Below, piece by piece: positions 33,698 through 39,715 of a DNA stretch of 39,715 bases. This DNA is from a virus (lineage: Duplodnaviria > Heunggongvirae > Uroviricota > Caudoviricetes): IMG/VR virus record IMGVR_UViG_2541047728_000019; one strand, given 5' to 3'. The stretch's first letter is position 1; every line of letters starts with the position of its first letter. Below the pieces are notes generated by a model. It had not been told where the DNA came from and searched no databases. It saw only the letters and a list, made by a program, of their open reading frames with translations. Both the position numbers and the translations under genes were made by a program.

Positions 33698-34499
33698 CCC
33701 ACACCCCTTCTATCCAGTCAGTGTTATTCCAGTCAAGCTCATCGCTTTTCCCGGCGTTTTTTGATTTTCCCCTGATATGATTTACGTGCCTGGCGAATTT
33801 TTGTTCCCACTGAACCTGCGTGAACACTTTGCCCTCAGCCATCCAGTAATCCCGGAATGCAGCAAGTTCAGCAGGTGTAAATTCCGGTTCCGGCAGGGCC
33901 GTTCCCCACAGCGCAGCACGCCGTCGAAAATCCGGCGACGGATGCCAGCCATCGGTCATCGGAAATTTCCCGATGGGTTCACTCAGGCCATCCAGAAATT
34001 CAGGTTCAGCCACCTGCAACGGCATACCGTTCGCTTCACTGGTCGGAGCACCCTCGCGCACGTGCGCTATGTGTGGGGTTTTATATATATCTTCCTCTTC
34101 CTCTTCCTCTGGTAACTCCTTTTGTAACGCTGTTGGCGTTACTTTTTGCGTTACTCGTTTTCGATGCTCTGCCACTCTTCTATTCGTAAGTGCACGTTTT
34201 TTCGATGATTCTCCATTGTGTCGCTCAAAGTTTGGAAGAATTAGTTTGCCGTCATGATAAGCAAGCCATCCGACGCTAATGAGGGCGTCAGCAAATCCTG
34301 TAATAAAAGCGAGTCTATCAAGTACTCCTTTTGTAACGCTGCCAGCGTTACCGTCTATTGTTTGCTGGTCAGCCCATGCCCATATACGAACCAGCTTTCC
34401 AAGAACAGCATCTGGATCAATACCCAGAATTTCTGCTATCTGAAAAATTTCAGGTTTATCAGGAGTGATAACTTCAACCTTAATCCAGCTGCTTGCCAT
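33669..34499 (-). CDS. Replication/primosome-like protein (DnaT-like C-terminal region, tentative)
   Basis: Acidic EEEEEED linker; C-terminal W/F/P-rich segment; start MASSW at 34499. Confidence 0.5.
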   Translation of the reverse strand: MASSWIKVEVITPDKPEIFQIAEILGIDPDAVLGKLVRIWAWADQQTIDGNAGSVTKGVLDRLAFITGFADALISVGWLAYHDGKLILPNFERHNGESSKKRALTNRRVAEHRKRVTQKVTPTALQKELPEEEEEEDIYKTPHIAHVREGAPTSEANGMPLQVAEPEFLDGLSEPIGKFPMTDGWHPSPDFRRRAALWGTALPEPEFTPAELAAFRDYWMAEGKVFTQVQWEQKFARHVNHIRGKSKNAGKSDELDWNNTDWIEGVWDEINSRTSQ

Positions 34500-34674
34500 A
34501 GGTTTCCCCTCTTGCACTCTTTAGTGCACAAGCAAATTCATTACGATGGCGGTTGGCGCTATTCATTGCACATTCAACACATGTTCCGTTCAGAACATAC
34601 CTTTCAGAGAGATGGCCGTGACGGCACCGCTTTCCTGTGAAATAGCGATTTAACCCGGCTTTTGCGGCCTCCAT
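34480..34674 (-). CDS. Small zinc-ribbon protein
   Basis: CRHGH ... CVEC pattern; start ambiguous (ATG 34674 or TTG 34692). Confidence 0.45.
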   Translation of the reverse strand: MEAAKAGLNRYFTGKRCRHGHLSERYVLNGTCVECAMNSANRHRNEFACALKSARGETYGKQLD

Positions 34675-34840
34675 TCTGGTTACTATCTTCAATTTTTCCG
34701 CCCCTTTTTGTTATTGATATTGGCTATTTTGCACAATTGGAAAATTTGATCAACCAGATTTGGTTTTTTATTACCTTTGAGGTACGAATAGATATGAAAA
34801 GACCGCCGGGTGGCGGTCTACAGAGGGTTGTAGCTGGATA

Positions 34841-35071
34841 TCATGAGTAGAAGAAGTATGCCAGTTCTGCTTTTGAGCGCAGCCATTGTCTTGTTTTACA
34901 GGCTTTAAAAAGCCCATTCATCAATACTTTACCTGGCATTTTGCGCTTACCTGTTAAGTGAGTCTGGATATAGTGACTCGTCGTTCCGGCTTCCTGTGCG
35001 AAGGCTTCACGCTCATCCGGAGTAAGTGCAAGCCAGTGCTTTTTGAAATCGAAATGTCCGTTATCGCTCAT
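34841..35071 (-). CDS. Cro-like HTH regulator (first gene of leftward early operon)
   Basis: 76 aa with HTH segment; divergent from repressor-like gene across a three-operator region. Confidence 0.6.
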   Translation of the reverse strand: MSDNGHFDFKKHWLALTPDEREAFAQEAGTTSHYIQTHLTGKRKMPGKVLMNGLFKACKTRQWLRSKAELAYFFYS

Positions 35072-35106
35072 AGCTATTGCCTGATATTTATTTCAGATAA
35101 TAAATA

Positions 35107-35121
35107 TTCACCCATAAGGTA
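35107..35121. promoter_or_regulatory. Operator-like site TCACC-CATAA-GGTAA (one mismatch)
   Basis: First of three sites in the cro/repressor intergenic region. Confidence 0.45.
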
Positions 35122-35137
35122 ACAAAAATCAAGGATA

Positions 35138-35152
35138 GTTACCTGTGTGGTG
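35138..35152. promoter_or_regulatory. Operator-like site TTACC-TGTGT-GGTGC (degenerate right half)
   Basis: Adjacent to 35155-35169 site. Confidence 0.4.
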
Positions 35153-35154
35153 CA

Positions 35155-35169
35155 TTTACCTGTTGGGTA
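35155..35169. promoter_or_regulatory. Operator-like palindrome TTACC-TGTTG-GGTAA
   Basis: Perfect dyad; third site of OR-like cluster. Confidence 0.55.
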
Positions 35170-35225
35170 ATATTGCTTTAAATTGAATCATCTACTGATT
35201 CATATATGAGGCGATTTTCCAGAAA

Positions 35226-35810
35226 ATGAAAAGTATCCAGGACGTCCGCAGGCAAAATCTCAACGACTTGATCGACCGTGAATTCAATGGTGTTCAGACG
35301 CGGATGGCTGAAAAACTTGGAACTCAGGCAAATCTGGTAAACCGCTGGGCTCTTGGCAAGAAGGTTATCGGCGACCAGGTTGCACGAAAAATTGAAGCTG
35401 CCGCCAATAAACCCCGTAACTGGCTTGATATCGATCGCTCGCTTTCTCAGGAAGGTTTTCAGCCTGTCGGCCCAAGCGACATTGGCCAGCTGGCGGCTCA
35501 CAACCTGGAACGCTGGATGAGCGAAAGCCGCGACCTTTCAACACAGGGAAAACTTCACCGCGCATCCGGCGTAGCCCAGGTGACAATCAGCCGCCTATTA
35601 AACAATGAGGTCAGCGTTTCCATTTCCACCCTGGAGAATGTTGCATCCGCATTCGGGCGTCACGGCTATGAATTACTGATTCACCCGCACGACCCTGCGA
35701 CCATCAACTATGATCGCTCGCGCTACGCATTGTTACCCGAAACCGAGAAAGCAAAGATCGAAAGTTACATTGAATTTGTCATCAACCAGAACGAAAAAAA
35801 CAAACAATAA
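35226..35810 (+). CDS. Repressor-like DNA-binding protein with two HTH-like segments and no S24 peptidase domain
   Basis: 194 aa; HTH-like QTRMAEKLGTQANLVNRWALGKK and a second in the C-half; no Ser/Lys autocleavage motifs seen. Confidence 0.6.
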   Translation: MKSIQDVRRQNLNDLIDREFNGVQTRMAEKLGTQANLVNRWALGKKVIGDQVARKIEAAANKPRNWLDIDRSLSQEGFQPVGPSDIGQLAAHNLERWMSESRDLSTQGKLHRASGVAQVTISRLLNNEVSVSISTLENVASAFGRHGYELLIHPHDPATINYDRSRYALLPETEKAKIESYIEFVINQNEKNKQ

Positions 35811-35831
35811 AACCATATTTTTCAGTAAGTA

Positions 35832-35855
35832 AGCCGCCTTATGGCGGCTTTTTTA
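35832..35855 (+). terminator. Rho-independent terminator after repressor-like gene
   Basis: agccgcc-ttat-ggcggct then T-run. Confidence 0.65.
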
Positions 35856-35867
35856 TTGCCTATTCGA

Positions 35868-35882
35868 TTACCTGATGGGTAA
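35868..35882. promoter_or_regulatory. Operator-like palindrome TTACC-TGATG-GGTAA upstream of early promoter
   Basis: Perfect dyad. Confidence 0.55.
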
Positions 35883-35901
35883 TTTTTTTAACTCATATCT
35901 A

Positions 35902-35930
35902 TTGACATCAAACCATATACGCATAATTAT
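35902..35930 (+). promoter_or_regulatory. Candidate sigma70 promoter TTGACA-N17-AATTAT for the rightward early operon
   Basis: Consensus -35, 17-bp spacer, A/T-rich -10, flanked by two operator palindromes. Confidence 0.5.
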
Positions 35931-35944
35931 TACCTCAACGGTAA
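35930..35944. promoter_or_regulatory. Operator-like palindrome TTACC-TCAAC-GGTAA at predicted +1
   Basis: Perfect dyad abutting the -10. Confidence 0.55.
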
Positions 35945-35963
35945 CAGACCGAGGTAACAAGTT

Positions 35964-36116
35964 ATGCAGTGGAAAATCATCAACGGTTGGTACTGCGTTA
36001 CTGCATGCGGATTCATGAGCTGGAAGTTCCGCACCTTACAGGAAGGCATTAAGTGGGCTTTCGTCAGCAAAGAAGCTCGCGATGTGGCCAACGATAACGA
36101 GATATGGGAGGGCTGA
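35964..36116 (+). CDS. Small Cys-containing ORF (50 aa), absent from ORF track
   Basis: ATG with GAGG 9 nt upstream; first ORF after the early promoter; stop overlaps next start region. Confidence 0.3.
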   Translation: MQWKIINGWYCVTACGFMSWKFRTLQEGIKWAFVSKEARDVANDNEIWEG

Positions 36117-36118
36117 TA

Positions 36119-36418
36119 ATGAACGTTAATCAGCAGAAAAATCTTCAAAAAATCATGCTGGCATTCGACAAGGACTACCGCCTGTCAGAACAGCTATATG
36201 ACCGACAAGTTGAACTGATTGAGAGCATCCGACTTCATCAACTGTCCTCAACTTTCGACGTTGTAACAGGCAAAGGCGTTCGTCAGGAAGTGCTGGAGGC
36301 TGCTAAAGACAGCCCTGAGTTCGAAGAACTGATGGATTCCTACCGGCGCGAGGCAATGGCAATTATAGCGCGCTGGGATCTGGCGGATCAGCTTGATGGG
36401 CAGAGGGAAGCGGCATGA
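36119..36418 (+). CDS. Hypothetical protein
   Basis: Start MNVNQQ with GGGAGGG SD; coupled to exonuclease gene. Confidence 0.5.
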   Translation: MNVNQQKNLQKIMLAFDKDYRLSEQLYDRQVELIESIRLHQLSSTFDVVTGKGVRQEVLEAAKDSPEFEELMDSYRREAMAIIARWDLADQLDGQREAA

Positions 36419-37236
36419 AACCGGGAATTTATTTCGACATCAGCAACGAAGACTACCACGCCGGTGACGGCGTGAGTAAGTCGCAACTGGACATGGTTGC
36501 CAAGAATCCGGCGCTTCTTAAATGGGTTCAGGCAGCACCAGAAGACGAAGAGAAAAAGTCTGCACTGGATATGGGAACCGCATTGCACTGTCTGCTTCTG
36601 GAGCCTGGAGAATTCGACAAACGCTTCATTGTTTCACCGAAGTTCGATCGTCGGACGAAACAAGGTAAAGCTGACGAAGAGGCATTTCTTCGTGATGTGG
36701 CGGATATGGGGATTACGGTACTTGATGCCGAGCAGTGGCGGAAACTGGAGCTGATGCGTGATAGCGCAATGGCTCACCCGGCGGCACGCTGGATGTTGGA
36801 AGCACCTGGTTACTGCGAAGCGTCAATGTACTGGAACGATGAAGAGACGGGTGAGTTGTGCCGAATTCGTCCAGACAAATGGCTGAACGAGCACAACGTG
36901 ATCGTCGACGTGAAAAAGGTTGCAGATATGGATCGTTTTGCACGCCACATCGAGGAATTCCGCTACCACGTGCAGGACGCAATGTACCGCGAAGGCGCAA
37001 TGAGGGTTACTGGTCAGCCGCATGGTTTTTTCTTTCTTGCCGTGAGCGAAAGCATTGATTGTGGTCGGTATCCGGTACGCGTGTTCGAGCTGGATGCGCA
37101 GGATGTCGATGCCGGGCACGCTCTGTTCCGCCGGGATCTGAATACCTATCACGAATGCCGCATCAATGATGAATGGGGCGGTGTGGAAATCATTAAACGC
37201 CCTGAGTGGGCACGCAAACAGGATATGTACATATGA
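36415..37236 (+). CDS. PD-(D/E)XK family recombination exonuclease
   Basis: RIRPD ... IVDVKKV motif pair; precedes and overlaps RecT-like gene. Confidence 0.7.
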   Translation: MKPGIYFDISNEDYHAGDGVSKSQLDMVAKNPALLKWVQAAPEDEEKKSALDMGTALHCLLLEPGEFDKRFIVSPKFDRRTKQGKADEEAFLRDVADMGITVLDAEQWRKLELMRDSAMAHPAARWMLEAPGYCEASMYWNDEETGELCRIRPDKWLNEHNVIVDVKKVADMDRFARHIEEFRYHVQDAMYREGAMRVTGQPHGFFFLAVSESIDCGRYPVRVFELDAQDVDAGHALFRRDLNTYHECRINDEWGGVEIIKRPEWARKQDMYI

Positions 37237-38174
37237 GCAACGACATCGCAAACATCAACGCACCAGTAGACACAGCAATCGCTGGAACTGCTGCAACTAT
37301 TTTCAGCCCAGACGGCTTGAACCAACTGATGAAATTCGCCGAGGTAATGGCGCAAAGCCGCGTAACGGTACCGGCGCACCTCGCCGGGAAACCAGCTGAT
37401 TGCATGGCCGTGGCAATGCAGGCTGCGCAGTGGGGAATGAACCCGTTTGCCGTGGCTCAGAAAACCCATGTTGTGAACGGCACGCTAGGTTATGAAGCCC
37501 AATTAGTAAACGCAGTTATCTCAACGATGTCGCCAACAAAAGATCGCATCAACTACGAGTGGTTCGGGCCGTGGGAACGCGTGATCGGTAAGTTTGTTGA
37601 GAAAACATCCAAAAACGGCAATCCATATATCGCACCAGGCTGGACTCTAAAAGACGAAGAAGGCTGCGGTGTTCGCGTATGGGCAACCATGAAGGGCGAG
37701 GATCAACCTCGAGTGCTTGAGTTAATGCTGTCTCAAGCACAGGTAAGAAACTCCACACTTTGGGCCAGTGATCCGAAACAACAACTCGCATACCTTGCGA
37801 CAAAACGCTGGTCTCGCCTGCACTGTCCTGACGTAATCATGGGCGTCTACACCCCAGACGAATTACAGGAAACGGCACCGCGCGTTGAGCGAGACATTAC
37901 TCCGCAAACGACCACTGCTGCGGGAATGAACAGTCTGATCAACGCTAAACCAGCGAAAAAGCCTGATGAGCAAACGCGTAAATCGGACAGCCGTGATCCA
38001 GAAGAAATGCTGATGGCCTTTACCAGCGCAGCGATGAATTACAGCACTGTCTCCGAACTGGATAAGGCTTACAAATACATTGCACAAAAACTTTCAGATG
38101 ATGACGAACTGCTGGCAAAAGCCACCGACGTTTACAGCGTTCGTCGGGAAGAATTAAACGAAACATCTATGTAA
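37233..38174 (+). CDS. recT: RecT-family single-strand annealing protein
   Basis: Partner position after the exonuclease; start MSNDIAN at 37233; RecT call by family resemblance. Confidence 0.7.
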   Translation: MSNDIANINAPVDTAIAGTAATIFSPDGLNQLMKFAEVMAQSRVTVPAHLAGKPADCMAVAMQAAQWGMNPFAVAQKTHVVNGTLGYEAQLVNAVISTMSPTKDRINYEWFGPWERVIGKFVEKTSKNGNPYIAPGWTLKDEEGCGVRVWATMKGEDQPRVLELMLSQAQVRNSTLWASDPKQQLAYLATKRWSRLHCPDVIMGVYTPDELQETAPRVERDITPQTTTAAGMNSLINAKPAKKPDEQTRKSDSRDPEEMLMAFTSAAMNYSTVSELDKAYKYIAQKLSDDDELLAKATDVYSVRREELNETSM

Positions 38175-38223
38175 CCACCACCGCGGCGCCACGAGCGCCG
38201 CACTGCAACCAAGAGAGGTATTT

Positions 38224-38472
38224 ATGAAAGGTGCATTAGGTAAGAAGGAACTCCTGGCGGTGGTTCCACTGTCATGGAGCACTATCGACCGTATGGAGCG
38301 CGCAGGGGAATTTCCTAAACGCTGGTATATCACCGATAAACGCTGCGCATGGAACCGTGATGAAGTTGAGCGTTGGCTTGATGAACGTCAGGCAGCAAGC
38401 CCGGCAGAGTTCCAGGGTAAAAAACCTCCTGTTCAGCAACGTGTATATCGTCCCGTGAGCAACGCGGCATGA
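38224..38472 (+). CDS. AlpA-family DNA-binding regulator / excisionase-like protein
   Basis: LLAVVPLSWSTIDRMERAGEFPKRWYITDKRCAWNRDEVERWL pattern. Confidence 0.7.
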   Translation: MKGALGKKELLAVVPLSWSTIDRMERAGEFPKRWYITDKRCAWNRDEVERWLDERQAASPAEFQGKKPPVQQRVYRPVSNAA

Positions 38473-38614
38473 GTGTGCTGCTAAGGCACTGGAGCAAATG
38501 GTCAGGATGGTACTTATTCCTGGCCTCTGTTTCAGCATGGCTTTATCTGCTGGCATTAATTTTCAGAGAGGGTTGGATTAAGTGAGAAAGTTAAGCCGAC
38601 TTGAAAAATATCAC

Positions 38615-38881
38615 ATGAACAAGGTTTCAATGCGCAGTCCGTCAAAGATTGTCGCCGTTACTCCTGCGGCGATAGAGATCGAAAAACGCGCGATTGAAAG
38701 AGAGAAAAAAGGGCAGTTCCGCATTGCCGCTCACCTTTGGCTTCAGTGTATGGATGTTGCTTCTGGTGATGTTGAGCGTGCAAGGATCGCGGTTCGCAGG
38801 GACCAATGTATCACAAAAGGTAACGGCCTTCGCCGTGGCGACTATAGCGGCATAGGATGTTGTGGGGTGGTTTATGACTAA
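38615..38881 (+). CDS. Hypothetical small protein (PerC-like, tentative)
   Basis: FRIAAHLWLQCMDVASGD...RRDQC pattern; start ambiguous (GTG 38582 or ATG 38615). Confidence 0.4.
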   Translation: MNKVSMRSPSKIVAVTPAAIEIEKRAIEREKKGQFRIAAHLWLQCMDVASGDVERARIAVRRDQCITKGNGLRRGDYSGIGCCGVVYD

Positions 38882-39524
38882 GAAATACACACTAATCTAT
38901 GCAGATCCACCCTGGGTATACCGGGACAAAGCCGCAGATGGTAATCGCGGTGCCGGTTTTAAATATCCGGTTATGAGTGTGCTGGATATCTGCCGCCTTC
39001 CTGTGTGGGATTTGGCCGATGAAAACTGTCTGTTGGCCATGTGGTGGGTGCCAACACAACCACTCGAAGCACTAAAAGTTGTTGAAGCCTGGGGATTCCG
39101 TCTGATGACCATGAAGGGCTTCACGTGGATAAAATGTGGTAGTCGACAACCAGATAAACTGGTTATGGGTATGGGGCACATGACTCGCGCCAATAGTGAA
39201 GATTGCCTGTTTGCAGTTAAGGGAAAACTACCTACGCGCATTAATGCAGGGATCGTTCAGTCATTTACCGCACCGCGGCTTGAGCATTCAAGAAAACCAG
39301 ATGTCGTTCGTGAAAAACTTGTGCAATTGTTAGGCGATGTTTCTCGCATTGAACTGTTCGCCCGCCAGTCGTCTCATGGCTTCGATGTTTGGGGTAATCA
39401 GTGCGAAGACCCGGCCGTGCAACTACACCCAGGATACGCGTTGGATATTGGCGGATTAACAAATGCATTCAGCAATGCTCCGCTGTCACCAACAGACAAC
39501 CAGGGACGGGAGCGTGCAGCATGA
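38874..39524 (+). CDS. DNA N6-adenine methyltransferase, MT-A70 family (orphan)
   Basis: Catalytic DPPW motif in LIYADPPWVY; no adjacent restriction endonuclease. Confidence 0.85.
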   Translation: MTKKYTLIYADPPWVYRDKAADGNRGAGFKYPVMSVLDICRLPVWDLADENCLLAMWWVPTQPLEALKVVEAWGFRLMTMKGFTWIKCGSRQPDKLVMGMGHMTRANSEDCLFAVKGKLPTRINAGIVQSFTAPRLEHSRKPDVVREKLVQLLGDVSRIELFARQSSHGFDVWGNQCEDPAVQLHPGYALDIGGLTNAFSNAPLSPTDNQGRERAA

Positions 39525-39715
39525 ACAGGGCATCACCTGCAGATTTAAGGAAATGCCTTGAAACTGCAAACATGCTTGCACATAGTGGGATCAGGTTTGT
39601 TCCAATTCCCGCTGTCACTGATGCTGAATTTGCAACGCTGTCAGCAATATTCGCAGACAAAATTGAATCACTGGCAGCAGAAGCAGAGATGGAAGAAAAT
39701 CAGCAGAATAATTAA
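39521..39715 (+). CDS. Hypothetical small protein
   Basis: 64 aa, start overlaps methyltransferase stop; stop at window end. Confidence 0.45.
   Translation: MNRASPADLRKCLETANMLAHSGIRFVPIPAVTDAEFATLSAIFADKIESLAAEAEMEENQQNN

Larger units (their letters stand above)
1267..39715. mobile_element. Partial prophage of a temperate podovirus (T7-like virion module plus P22 immI-like island and lambdoid-style early genes); integrase and att sites not in window
   Basis: Contiguous phage gene set: terminase, portal, capsid, tail, lysis, repressor/cro, recombination; ORF boundaries coincide with window edges. Confidence 0.8.

Noticed and set aside
35909-35920. AACCATATACG in the early promoter spacer as a further copy of the recurrent 11-mer
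   Set aside because: Lacks the GTGG core and is in opposite functional orientation to the other copies; probably coincidental.
1-39715. CRISPR array or cas genes
   Set aside because: No regularly spaced short direct repeats and no Cas-like proteins seen; the repeats found are dyads/operators and one long inverted repeat.

Overview
The window is most of a temperate podovirus prophage on the minus strand, with early genes on the right and no integrase or att site in view. From 30029 down to 3386 runs a T7-like virion module: small and large terminase, portal, scaffold, major capsid, tail tubular A/B-like proteins, four internal virion (ejection) proteins including one with a lytic transglycosylase domain, and a 1039-aa tailspike. 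A lysis cassette follows (two holin-like proteins, GH19 endolysin, Rz with embedded Rz1). Between the ejection genes and the tailspike sits a P22 immI-like accessory island: Arc-like and Mnt-like ribbon-helix-helix regulators, two antirepressors, a LexA-box-controlled small antirepressor-like gene, and three membrane proteins of unknown function. A tRNA-Arg(UCU) and a Gp49-like gene are inserted between terL and portal. The right side carries a divergent Cro-like/repressor-like pair, replication and nin-like genes, and a rightward operon with exonuclease, RecT, AlpA and an MT-A70 adenine methyltransferase. The most notable signals are a 15-bp palindrome (TTACC-N5-GGTAA) at 12 intergenic sites, and one antirepressor C-terminal module present in three copies. 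All functional calls are from reading the translated ORFs and motifs by eye; no database search was run, and motif coordinates may be off by 1-2 bp.
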